DNA from: an uncultured Desulfobacterales bacterium
GTDB lineage: Bacteria > Desulfobacterota > DSM-4660 > Desulfatiglandales > HGW-15
Assembly (NCBI GenBank): GCA_964413125.1
Contig: CAYPSZ010000289.1
Location: forward strand, 1 to 51,511
Direction: 5' to 3'
Length of the DNA stretch: 51,511 bases
A program made the translations under genes and the position numbers. Below the pieces are notes generated by a model, which ran no database searches, was not told the DNA's origin, and worked only from the letters and a program-made list of their open reading frames with translations. Positions 9,348 through 18,126 of the stretch are shown here, piece after piece; within the stretch, counting starts at the first letter, position 1, and each line of letters opens with the position of its first letter.

Positions 9348-10336
9348 ATGGTTTTCACTTTGCGTCTACATATAATGTAATAAAAGTGTCTTGATCGTGA
9401 TACAATCAAGCCCCATATACCTCCAGGAGCGGTCAAGACGATAATCATGAGGATGAACCCGAAAAACAAGAGGCGGTATTCCTCGTACTGTCGCATAAAC
9501 TCGGGCAGAAAAGCCATTAGTAGTGCCCCGACTATGGCACCCATAGGACTTCCAAGGCCACCGATGACGACCATTATCAGGAACTCGAGCGAACTGTGCA
9601 CACCAAACAGTTCCGGGCCGATATAGCGCGTGTGGATGGAATAAAGACCACCGGCAAACCCTGCCAGGACAGCCGAGAATGTGAAGGCTTGAATCTTGTA
9701 GTAAGCGATAGGAATGCCGACGGCTTTAGCCGCAACGGGGTCACCCTTGAGGGCGGCCAAGGCCCGGCCCGAGCGCAGTTCGATAAAGTTTTTGATAAGC
9801 CAGAAAAAGAGGGCTAGGAGCAACCATACCACGTGGAAGGTCATCAAAATTGCGCCGTCGGCGTTCCTGATCGGCCGCCCGAGAAAGACCGCCTCGGGAA
9901 TGTTGGTTATCCCGGCCGCCCCCCCGGTAAGAGCCGGGATTTCAAGATACAGCACCTGCAGGATGAGGCCAAAGCACAGGGTGACCATGGCCAGGTAGTG
10001 GCCCTCGAAGCGCAACGCCAGGTAACCCAGTAAGAAGCCCACCAAGCCAGCCAATAGCCCGCCCAGGGGCATCACCAGCCAGAATGAAAGGTGGTACTTG
10101 ACCATCAGCTGTGCCGTTGTATAAGCCCCAATGCCGAAAAACGCCGCCTGCCCCAGGGAGATCTGCCCGGCGTTGCCCAACAACAGGTTCATCCCTAGGG
10201 CAACAATGGCATAGATGCCGGCTAGGGTCAGGATCTGGAGTGTGTACCTCTCAACGCCCACATAAGGCAGCAAAACCACGACCGAGATGACGACAACCCA
10301 GGCAATAACTCCAATCTTGCTGCTTAAGCGATTCAT
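9344..10336 (-). CDS. livM: LIV-type ABC permease (LivM-like)
   Basis: Hydrophobic protein with GQISLGQAAFFGIGAY, GHYLAMVTL and VIGGLGS. Confidence 0.9.
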   Translation of the reverse strand: MNRLSSKIGVIAWVVVISVVVLLPYVGVERYTLQILTLAGIYAIVALGMNLLLGNAGQISLGQAAFFGIGAYTTAQLMVKYHLSFWLVMPLGGLLAGLVGFLLGYLALRFEGHYLAMVTLCFGLILQVLYLEIPALTGGAAGITNIPEAVFLGRPIRNADGAILMTFHVVWLLLALFFWLIKNFIELRSGRALAALKGDPVAAKAVGIPIAYYKIQAFTFSAVLAGFAGGLYSIHTRYIGPELFGVHSSLEFLIMVVIGGLGSPMGAIVGALLMAFLPEFMRQYEEYRLLFFGFILMIIVLTAPGGIWGLIVSRSRHFYYIICRRKVKTI

Positions 10337-10340
10337 ATGG

Positions 10341-11216
10341 CTATACTTTTTCCTTGACGGGATCGCCCAGGATCCCCTTTGGCCTAAAGGCCAACACGAA
10401 TATCAGTAGACTCAAAGAGATGGCATCCTTAAAGCCGCTGGACAGATACGCCGTGGTCAAGGCCTCTAAGACACCGAGGGTGATCCCCCCTACCACTGCC
10501 CCCATGGGGTTGGTGATTCCTCCGATGATGACCGCCAGAAAGCCCTTGACCCCGATGTCCGCTGACAGGCTGCCGCCCGCAAAGGTAATGGGGGCGATTA
10601 GAATCCCGGCAACACCCCCTAGCCCAGTGGCCAGCCCCCAGGAAATCGACGTCATGACCCGGACGTTGATCCCCATCAGGCGGGCGGCGTCTGGCTTTTC
10701 GGCCGCGGCCATCAATGCCAAGCCGAAGACCGAATGACGAAACAACAATAACAGCAGAAACAGCAGGAACAGCGCTATCCCCACAATCCAGATGGCCTGG
10801 GGAATGATCATAACGCCCAGAAAGTTCAAAGGGATTTCTCTCGAGATCGAGGGAAACATTAATTCATCCTTGGTCCAGAAGACATAGATGACCTGCTCTA
10901 TAAAGATAAAACCGCCGACGGTCATCAAAATCCCTGACAGGATCCCGCGGCGGCTTGCTGGGCCGACGAAGAGCCGCTCGAAAATTGCCCCGAGTACGGC
11001 CATAATGAAAAAGGTCAGGAAAAAGACAAGCAGATAAGGTGTATTCCAAACAAGCAGAAAGGATAGGGCCATCATGCCCCCCAACTGCACCAGAGCACCC
11101 TGTGCGAAGTTGATAACCCGGGTCGAGACAAAAACTAAATAGTAGCCTATACCTATGAGCGCATAAATGCTACCTATAGTCACCCCGCTGACCAAGAATT
11201 GGAAAAGATCTCGCAT
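10341..11216 (-). CDS. livH: LIV-type ABC permease (LivH-like)
   Basis: GSIYALIGIG, VINFAQG, ARLMGINV and IIGG motifs. Confidence 0.9.
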   Translation of the reverse strand: MRDLFQFLVSGVTIGSIYALIGIGYYLVFVSTRVINFAQGALVQLGGMMALSFLLVWNTPYLLVFFLTFFIMAVLGAIFERLFVGPASRRGILSGILMTVGGFIFIEQVIYVFWTKDELMFPSISREIPLNFLGVMIIPQAIWIVGIALFLLFLLLLLFRHSVFGLALMAAAEKPDAARLMGINVRVMTSISWGLATGLGGVAGILIAPITFAGGSLSADIGVKGFLAVIIGGITNPMGAVVGGITLGVLEALTTAYLSSGFKDAISLSLLIFVLAFRPKGILGDPVKEKV

Positions 11217-12358
11217 CACTTAGGGTATACCTTTTCCGCTGGATAGTAGTTACCATCCTTTACTATTGCCATTACGTAGCATCCCATCTGCAGGCCATTA
11301 TGTTCTTGGGGCGAGAAACTGAAGGTTCCTTGGACTCCTTCAAAGTCCTTGATGCTGCGAATGGCATTGGAGAGCTTGCTTGTGTCTCCACCGGCAATCT
11401 TGATGGCCTCGGCCAGCAGGTAGGCCGCATCGTAGCCCACAGCGGCGAACGTGGGCGGCACGGCATTATATTGCTTATTGTAAGCGTCCAGGAAGGCCTG
11501 TTCTTTCGGATTCGGGGTGCCATAGTTGAGGACCGTGTTGAACAATAGTCCTTCCCCTGCGGGCCCCAGAGTTTCAATCATTTGGTGGGAGCCCATGCCA
11601 GCCCCACCCATAAGCTTGATGTCCCGCATGCCCAACTGGTGCCAGTTCCTGACCACAACGGCGGGTGCAAATCCCACTCCCCAAATGACGATACCTTCTG
11701 AGCCGGCGTTGCGCAGGTTTATCAGTTGCGCCGTCATATCACGGTCGGCGGACTGATACTTCTCTACCCCAACAACCTCGATTTTCGGAGCCACCTCGCC
11801 TAAAATACTGATAAATGATTGGGTTGAACGGGTCCCGTATTCGTTGGCGTCATGGATAACGCCCAGCTTAGTCACATTGAGATTGTCTCTCAGGAATTCG
11901 ATCATGGTCACGGCATCCAGCTCATCGGCCGGCGCCGCGTTAAAGACCCAGTCCTTTCCCTTGCAGATATCGCTGTTCCCAGATATATAAAACTGAGGTT
12001 TCTCTGCCTGTTCGGCCGCAGTGGCCACCACGTGGATGGTCCCGGAAGTCGAAGCCCCGATAACTCCCAGCACCTTGTCCTTGGTAAATAGTCGGTCAAT
12101 CAACCCCGCTGTCTTGGCGGGATTACCCTCGTCGTTATAGGAAACCAATGCGAGTTGCTTACCCAACACGCCACCCTTCTTGTTGATTTCGGCAACAGCA
12201 AGTTCGGCGCCTTTCTGCGAAGGGTCTCCCAGGAACGAAAAGCGTCCGCTGGTTGCCAGCAGTGTACCTATACTGTAGGTATCATCCGCCCAAACAGGTT
12301 GAGGAACCATTAAAGTTGCATAAAAGAATAATACAAATAACAAGTAAGCTTTCCTCAT
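11216..12358 (-). CDS. LIV-family (PBP1) periplasmic substrate-binding protein, RPA1789/CouP-like
   Basis: Signal peptide (VWA|D), EINKKGGVLGK, DRDMTAQL, GYDAA and FEGVQG motifs. Confidence 0.88.
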   Translation of the reverse strand: MRKAYLLFVLFFYATLMVPQPVWADDTYSIGTLLATSGRFSFLGDPSQKGAELAVAEINKKGGVLGKQLALVSYNDEGNPAKTAGLIDRLFTKDKVLGVIGASTSGTIHVVATAAEQAEKPQFYISGNSDICKGKDWVFNAAPADELDAVTMIEFLRDNLNVTKLGVIHDANEYGTRSTQSFISILGEVAPKIEVVGVEKYQSADRDMTAQLINLRNAGSEGIVIWGVGFAPAVVVRNWHQLGMRDIKLMGGAGMGSHQMIETLGPAGEGLLFNTVLNYGTPNPKEQAFLDAYNKQYNAVPPTFAAVGYDAAYLLAEAIKIAGGDTSKLSNAIRSIKDFEGVQGTFSFSPQEHNGLQMGCYVMAIVKDGNYYPAEKVYPK

Positions 12359-12475
12359 TGCCTTCCCTCCTTATTGTTCGGGTAAAGGACTAAACTTCGA
12401 TACAACTAAAATTCGCGCTTCAAAGCAGGAAATTGAATAATGGCTGTACATCACCTCCTTTAAGAAAAGGCTCTA

Positions 12476-13654
12476 TCAAAAATTCCTTCGTAACAAGAGT
12501 GCATAGCCCATACCACCACCAGCGCACAGGCTAGCGAGACCGCACTCAGCATCCCTCCTGATCATTTCGTGCAGAAGGGTAACCACAATGCGGGTCCCCG
12601 TAGCTCCGACAGGATGACCGAGTGAAATTCCGCTGCCATTGACATTGACCTTTTGACGCTTAATACTGAGTTCCTTTTCACAAGCCAGGTAATAAGAGGC
12701 GAACGCTTCGTTGATCTCGATTAACTCCAAGTCATCCAACTCTAGGCGGGCTTCCTTAACCACATCCAGGATGGCGGGCACGGGTGCGATGCCCGTCAAC
12801 TTGGGATCGCTCGCCCTAATCGACCAGGGTCCCAATGCCGCCAAAGGCCTCAGCCCATAATGCTCACAGGCCTTGGCAGTAGCCAACACTATGGCAGCTG
12901 CCCCATCGTTCAGGCTGCTTGCGTTGGCTGCTGTGACCGTGCCTTGCCTTGAGAATGCAGGCGGCAGCTTGGCAATGTCTTCCATATTGAGGCAAGCCCG
13001 GGGGTGCTCGTCCCGATCAACAATCCTTATGCCTTTTCCGGACCGAGCTTCTATAGGTACTATTTGATTCTTAAAATAGCCATTTTCTAGTGCTTTTATT
13101 GCGGTTAAATGAGATCTGATAGCCAATTCATCCTGGTCGCTTCTGGAAATGCCGTACTTTTCCGCCAGATAATCGGCTGCCAGCCCCATTCCCCCCATTA
13201 CGGGATCTTCCTGCATACCCCACCACAGGAGATCGATAACCCTGGCGTGCCGGAGGCGTTGACCCCAGCGTTCGCTTGGAAGGACGTAAGGGGCCTCGCT
13301 CATGGATTCGACACCACCCACCAAGGCGGTGTCGGTTTCCCCCAGCTTCAGGGCCGAAACTCCACTGATAAGAGCTTGCATGGCGCTAGCACATGCACAA
13401 TGAATGGAGAATGCGGGGACATGAGGTGGGATTTGGCAAGTAATGGCGGCAGAACGCGCAATATTTGGATTCAAGGGCGAAAGGGTATTCCCTAGTATCA
13501 CTTTGCCTATCTGGTCGTGGCTCAGGCCGGAGGCTTTAACGGCAGCGTCCATGACCGGGACGATCAATTCAAGCGGGGAGACCCCCTTAAATTGGCCTCC
13601 GAAGTCTCCGATAGGTGACCTTAGCGCGGAAACGATATAAACGGGGTCCTTCAT
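12476..13654 (-). CDS. Thiolase (acetyl-CoA C-acyltransferase)
   Basis: CASAMQA catalytic Cys, GGVESMS, NEAF, GHPVGATG and CAGGG. Start MKDPV with SD GAGGAG. Confidence 0.95.
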   Translation of the reverse strand: MKDPVYIVSALRSPIGDFGGQFKGVSPLELIVPVMDAAVKASGLSHDQIGKVILGNTLSPLNPNIARSAAITCQIPPHVPAFSIHCACASAMQALISGVSALKLGETDTALVGGVESMSEAPYVLPSERWGQRLRHARVIDLLWWGMQEDPVMGGMGLAADYLAEKYGISRSDQDELAIRSHLTAIKALENGYFKNQIVPIEARSGKGIRIVDRDEHPRACLNMEDIAKLPPAFSRQGTVTAANASSLNDGAAAIVLATAKACEHYGLRPLAALGPWSIRASDPKLTGIAPVPAILDVVKEARLELDDLELIEINEAFASYYLACEKELSIKRQKVNVNGSGISLGHPVGATGTRIVVTLLHEMIRRDAECGLASLCAGGGMGYALLLRRNF

Positions 13655-13729
13655 TTCCCATCTCCTCAAATGTTTGTCAATGCATTCCGGTTGCCCCATG
13701 GTATGAGAGAAACTCAGGCTCCAAGAGCC

Positions 13730-13792
13730 ACATACTAAATGTTTAATTCGTTACTGTCTCACCTATTAAACGTTTAGCATGTTGGCTGTCAA
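13730..13792 (-). promoter_or_regulatory. Sigma70 promoter of the thiolase operon overlapped by two palindromic operators
   Basis: On the minus strand, TTGACA (13792-13787) N16 TTTAAT. The 18-mers at 13730-13747 and 13765-13782 form an inverted pair (2 mismatches), each centred on TAAAYGTTTA. Confidence 0.7.
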
Positions 13793-14288
13793 GAAAAAAA
13801 TCTGTCTCACGCGCCCCGGATTCTTGGCGATTCGCCCGTTAAGAACGCCAACCGCCATAGCGCGCTTGTCAGCGAGCGTTTCATAATAAAGCAGTTTCGT
13901 GACTTTATCCTATTGTTCTGACCAACTTTGAGCAAGGTGCTCTCCGCTCGACATCCGGCGTGGGTCTCAGCTGTCACACTCCATTCCGCACCCGGCCAAG
14001 TTCTTGTAAATCCTGGCGTCCAAGGTCCTCGCAGGTCGTCAGGCCCGATTTGGCGCACTCCATAGAGGCGCATGATCTGATTAAGGCAGGTCCTACGAGC
14101 GAGGAGCGAAGAGCACGTCTAATAGTGGTGCTGGAAAAACGACTTGCCGAGACCCGAGAAAGTCAGCACCGGGGGGTCTATTGGAAAGATCTTGGTTTTA
14201 ACAAGGATTTTAAGGAAGGATTAATCCGGAGATGTAACTGTTGAACGAAGACATTTGAAGTCCTTGACAGAGAACAAGGTGGCGGACC

Positions 14289-14462
14289 ATGACGAGACCA
14301 TACTCTAATCTCAGAAAGAAAATGAAGCCGGAAGCAAGGAATAAAGCTGCGGATAAAACCAAAGCCTTTCTTGATGCAATGCATTTGCAGGAGTTCATCA
14401 AGACATCACCGAGCGGTACCGGATGCAGGAGAAAATTCGGCATGTCAGTAACGAGCTTCTGA
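14289..14462 (+). pseudogene. Truncated XRE-family (HigA-like) antitoxin
   Basis: MTRPYSNLRKKMKPEARNKAADKTKAFLDAMHLQE resembles the N-terminus of XRE antitoxins (MAKPFxELRAKMxPE...MxLxELR). The HTH is missing. Confidence 0.55.
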
Positions 14463-14698
14463 GATCCAGCCGCACGGCCGTATGGCGCTGGTCGGTGGGT
14501 GGACCTGAAAACCGGGGAGCACGAGTGTGGTCTGAAGTTACCAGGGAGATTCATGAGGTGGCAGCTATTCGCCTCCTGTTAGCTTCTTGCAAGAAGCTTA
14601 CCAAAAACCCTCGCACAAGGTCAAGGGCGGGAAGGAAATGTGAGGATTCGGGGCGTGATACAATGTGTGAAATCGGAGGGAAAAGAAGGGAAACCAGG

Positions 14699-14737
14699 AA
14701 AAAACCCTTGACTCCATTACGGAAAATCAAGGGGTTA
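14699..14737. other. att-like hairpin just downstream of tRNA-Glu
   Basis: AAAACCCTTGA...TCAAGGGGTT inverted repeat, typical of sequence flanking tRNA-integrated elements or acting as a tRNA terminator. Confidence 0.5.
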
Positions 14738-14746
14738 GGTGTATCC

Positions 14747-14822
14747 TGGTAGTCCCAACGGGACTCGAACCCGTGTCTTCGGCGTGAGAGGCCGATATCC
14801 TAGACCACTAGACGATGGGACC
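14747..14822 (-). tRNA. tRNA-Glu (anticodon CTC)
   Basis: GGTCCCA...TGGGACT-A-CCA cloverleaf, anticodon arm TCGGC-CTCTCAC-GCCGA, GTTCGAGTC T-arm, 76 nt. Confidence 0.97.
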
Positions 14823-14862
14823 ACAAAACAGGAAAGCCACGCTAAAGGCGTGGTTTTTGTCT

Positions 14863-14936
14863 TGGCTGGGGGGCGGGGATTCGGACCCCGATTAACGGGG
14901 CCAGAACCCGCCGTATTGCCATTATACGATCCCCCA
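14863..14936 (-). tRNA. tRNA-Gln (anticodon CTG), non-canonical T-loop
   Basis: TGGGGGA start, D-stem GTAT/ATAC, anticodon loop TTCTGGC, T-arm CGGGG-TCCGAAT-CCCCG and encoded CCA, 74 nt. Confidence 0.9.
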
Positions 14937-14946
14937 AAGATCCCTC

Positions 14947-14974
14947 AGACTAATATTTCGACTGTGAAAGTCAA
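14947..14974 (-). promoter_or_regulatory. Sigma70 promoter for tRNA-Gln/tRNA-Glu
   Basis: TTGACT N16 TAGTCT, 10 nt upstream of tRNA-Gln. Confidence 0.55.
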
Positions 14975-14982
14975 GGGAAAAT

Positions 14983-15975
14983 TCACTTGCCCATCACCTT
15001 CCAGCATCGGACAAGATGGCCCGGACCTGCGTCATAAAAGGGTATCTCCATCTCACCACAGCGTTTTTCAGCAATGCTGCAGCGTCCCTGGAACTTGCAT
15101 CCCGGGGGCGGGTTGAAAGGGCTGGGTACATCCCCGCTCAAGGCCTGCCTTTGGATGCGCCGGTCCGGGTCAGGAGCGGGCATTGCGGCCAGCAACGCCT
15201 TTGTATAGGGGTGCAGGGGCGTATCAAAGAGATCGTCCGCGGCCGCGATTTCCATGATATGTCCCAAATACATTACGGCCACAATGTCACTGATATAACC
15301 CACAACATTCAGATCGTGGGATATGAATAGAAAGCTCAGGTTCATCCGGGCCTGAAGCTCTTCCAGAAGGTTGATGATCTGGGCCTGAATGGATACATCA
15401 AGGGCCGAGACCGGTTCGTCGCAGACCACCAAAGACGGATCCACACTCAAGGCCCGAGCCACACCCACGCGCTGGCGCTGGCCCCCGCTGAACTCGTGCG
15501 GATAACGATCGGCTGCAGACGGATCAATGCCCACAAGCCCCAGCAGTTCAGCTATCCGATCCATCCGCTCCAATCGGTTTTTCATCCTCAGGGTGCGAAG
15601 CCCCTCTTCAATGGTTTGCCCCACTGTCATGCGGGGGTTCAAGGACCCAAAAGGATCCTGAAAGATGATTTGCATCTCACGCCGCAGGGGCGCCATGGCC
15701 CTGCGGTCATAGCTGGTGATGTCCTTTGACCGGTAGATGATGCGGCCCCGGTCGGGTTCCAGCAGCTTGAGGATGACCCTTCCCACTGTGGATTTGCCGC
15801 AGCCGCTCTCACCTACAAGTCCGAGGGTCTTTCCTTGTTGAAGCAAAAGGTCCACTCCGTCCACGGCCTTGATATGGCCCACGGTCCGCTTCAGAAAACC
15901 ACGCTCAACCGGAAAGTATTTTATCAAGCCCTCGACCTTGAGAAGGGGTTCAATCCGGGAAGCCGGGGTGTTCAT
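14983..15975 (-). CDS. oppF: Oligopeptide/dipeptide ABC transporter ATP-binding protein (OppF-like)
   Basis: GESGCGKS, FSGGQRQR, DEPVSALD, HPYT and C-terminal Cys motif. Start MNTPAS overlaps the upstream stop (ATGA). Confidence 0.92.
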   Translation of the reverse strand: MNTPASRIEPLLKVEGLIKYFPVERGFLKRTVGHIKAVDGVDLLLQQGKTLGLVGESGCGKSTVGRVILKLLEPDRGRIIYRSKDITSYDRRAMAPLRREMQIIFQDPFGSLNPRMTVGQTIEEGLRTLRMKNRLERMDRIAELLGLVGIDPSAADRYPHEFSGGQRQRVGVARALSVDPSLVVCDEPVSALDVSIQAQIINLLEELQARMNLSFLFISHDLNVVGYISDIVAVMYLGHIMEIAAADDLFDTPLHPYTKALLAAMPAPDPDRRIQRQALSGDVPSPFNPPPGCKFQGRCSIAEKRCGEMEIPFYDAGPGHLVRCWKVMGK

Positions 15976-16967
15976 GTCCCGACCTCCCTCAGGTGGCCCG
16001 AGAATGCAACCGGGCAGCGGGCAAGGTGCCCGTCGCCCCAGTCGAACATCTCCGGCAGGGAACCGCCGCACTCAGGCAGGGCTATGGAACAACGCGGATG
16101 AAAGGGACAACCTGTCGGTTTGTGCGCCGGGTCGGGGACGGCCCCGGGCACACTGTGAAGCGAACTACCTCGTCGAGCCCTGGAAGGAAGAGATGCCAGA
16201 AGTCCCTGTGTATAGGGATGCCGCGGCTCGTGAAAGATGTGCCGGGCGGTTCCCTGCTCTGCAATGATTCCGGCATACATGACGTAGATTCGGTCCGCGA
16301 TCTGGGCAACCACGCTCAGGTCATGGGTGATGTAGAGGAGCGACAACTGCTTTCGCCGTTTGAGATCGTCGAACAAGTTCAGGATCTGCACCTGGATGGT
16401 CACGTCCAGTGCAGTGGTGGGCTCGTCAGCTATGACCAGGGCGGGGTCGCAGGCCAGTGCCATGGCTATCATCACACGCTGGCGCTGCCCGCCGCTCAAC
16501 TGGTGTGGGTAGTCATAAAGTCTTTCTTCAGGAGAAGGGATCCCCACGTCACGAAGGAGGGCTTCGCAGAGCTTTTTAAGGGCCTCATCTTCCACGTGGC
16601 GGTGGGCCAGTATTGCTTCCTTGATCTGGTCACCTATCCGAAACACCGGATTAAGCGAGGTCATGGGCTCCTGAAAGACCATGGACAGATGGTTGCCCCG
16701 GATGCCTCTGAGCTCATCCTGCGCCAGTTCCAGCAGATCCCGGCCCCGGAAGAGTATTCTACCCCCGAAGACTTCGGCCGGCGGAACCGGAAGAATCCCC
16801 AGGATCGAAAGGGCCGAAACGGTCTTGCCGCATCCGGACTCCCCCACAAGACATACGGTCTCGCCGGGCATTACCTCGTAACTCACTCCCTCGAGGGCTA
16901 TTGCAATTTCGTTTCGTTTCCGAAACCGGACATGGAGATCTTCTAAGGATAAAAGGGGTTCGTTCAT
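15972..16967 (-). CDS. oppD: Oligopeptide/dipeptide ABC transporter ATP-binding protein (OppD-like)
   Basis: [34 protein letters not shown] and GCPFHPRC motifs. Confidence 0.93.
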   Translation of the reverse strand: MNEPLLSLEDLHVRFRKRNEIAIALEGVSYEVMPGETVCLVGESGCGKTVSALSILGILPVPPAEVFGGRILFRGRDLLELAQDELRGIRGNHLSMVFQEPMTSLNPVFRIGDQIKEAILAHRHVEDEALKKLCEALLRDVGIPSPEERLYDYPHQLSGGQRQRVMIAMALACDPALVIADEPTTALDVTIQVQILNLFDDLKRRKQLSLLYITHDLSVVAQIADRIYVMYAGIIAEQGTARHIFHEPRHPYTQGLLASLPSRARRGSSLHSVPGAVPDPAHKPTGCPFHPRCSIALPECGGSLPEMFDWGDGHLARCPVAFSGHLREVGT

Positions 16968-18106
16968 CTCTCCCTCAGTTTGGGGTTCAGCACGTCCCGC
17001 AGGCCTTCTCCGAACAGGTTGAAGGACAGTACAACGATCAGAATGGCGACTCCGGGAACAAATGTCAGCCAGGGTGCATCAAAGATGAATCGCTTCCCGT
17101 CCGAGAGGATGTTTCCCCAGGTGGCATGGGGCGGGGGCACGCCGAATCCCAGAAAGCTCAGCCCGGCTTCGGTCAGGATGGCGGTGGCAATGCCGATGGT
17201 GGCCGATACGAGGACCGGCGCAACGGCGTTCGGGATCATGTGCCGGAATATGATCCTCCAGTCGCTCACACCCAGCGCCCGGGCCGCGGTCACGAAGTCC
17301 TGTTCCCTCAGGGAAAGGAATTCGGCGCGCACGAAACGGGCGGCCCCCATCCAGCTCGTGAGACCGATCACGATCATTATGTTGTAGATGCTGGCCGGGA
17401 GCAGGGCCACCACCGTGAGAATGAGAAAAAAGCTGGGGAAACAGAGCATGATATCAACGAAACGCATAATCAGGGTGTCCACGGATACGCCTCTGAAGTG
17501 GACGGGGCGTTTCCTCCCGGCGGTGATCGCCATCCAGGCGGTGCCGGCGAAGATGAGGAATACTCCTGCCGCCATGGATCCGGCGGTCATGATGACAAGT
17601 CCTGTCAGGGCGAGAAATACGGCGAGGAAGTGATCGATCCTTATGCTGAGGTCACCGAAATACCCGGCGATTCCTCCCATTAATATTCCCAGGAGGACCG
17701 AAATCCCAACCGCCACGAAACCCACGGTGAGTGAAACCCAAGACCCCTGTAGCATGCGGGCGAACACATCCCGGCCCAGGTCGTCCGTACCGAGAAGGTA
17801 AATCCCCATGGCAGGCGTTTCTTCAGGGGCCAGCAGTTCCATGTTGGCTATGGAAAGCGGGGGCCGGAGTTTTTCCTGTAGCCTGATCTGGGCCGGATCA
17901 AGCGCCGGGTTTACACCTGAGGTAAGGATCAGGCCGGCGACAGCCACTATGAAGAAGGCCACGAAAACAGTCATGCCGGAGAGAGCAAGGCCGTTTCGGC
18001 GAAGGTCCTCCCACGCCTCCTGCAGCCTCGTACGCCTGGGGGCTTCAGGCGCCTGGAATGCAATGCCCGGGCTTGATGTGACCTGTTTTTCATTCGAATC
18101 CGGCAT
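16964..18106 (-). CDS. oppC: Peptide ABC transporter permease (OppC-like)
   Basis: LGTDDLGRD, EAA loop FVTAARALG, EAGLSFLGFG and GEGLRD. Start moved to MPDSNE. Confidence 0.92.
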   Translation of the reverse strand: MPDSNEKQVTSSPGIAFQAPEAPRRTRLQEAWEDLRRNGLALSGMTVFVAFFIVAVAGLILTSGVNPALDPAQIRLQEKLRPPLSIANMELLAPEETPAMGIYLLGTDDLGRDVFARMLQGSWVSLTVGFVAVGISVLLGILMGGIAGYFGDLSIRIDHFLAVFLALTGLVIMTAGSMAAGVFLIFAGTAWMAITAGRKRPVHFRGVSVDTLIMRFVDIMLCFPSFFLILTVVALLPASIYNIMIVIGLTSWMGAARFVRAEFLSLREQDFVTAARALGVSDWRIIFRHMIPNAVAPVLVSATIGIATAILTEAGLSFLGFGVPPPHATWGNILSDGKRFIFDAPWLTFVPGVAILIVVLSFNLFGEGLRDVLNPKLRER

Positions 18107-18126
18107 AAGGGATCTCTTTCCCTCCT

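Larger units (their letters stand above)
1..14746. mobile_element. Putative decayed genomic island adjoining the tRNA-Glu 3' end (left boundary outside window)
   Basis: IS remnant, gene-fragment scar and accessory catabolic cargo with AT-rich intergenic tracts, ending at a tRNA 3' end followed by an att-like hairpin. No integrase or duplicated att is visible. Confidence 0.5.

Noticed and set aside
13807-14244. ORFs 13807-14073 (-) and 13960-14244 (+) as an integrase remnant
   Set aside because: No recognisable tyrosine or serine recombinase motifs and no convincing RBS.
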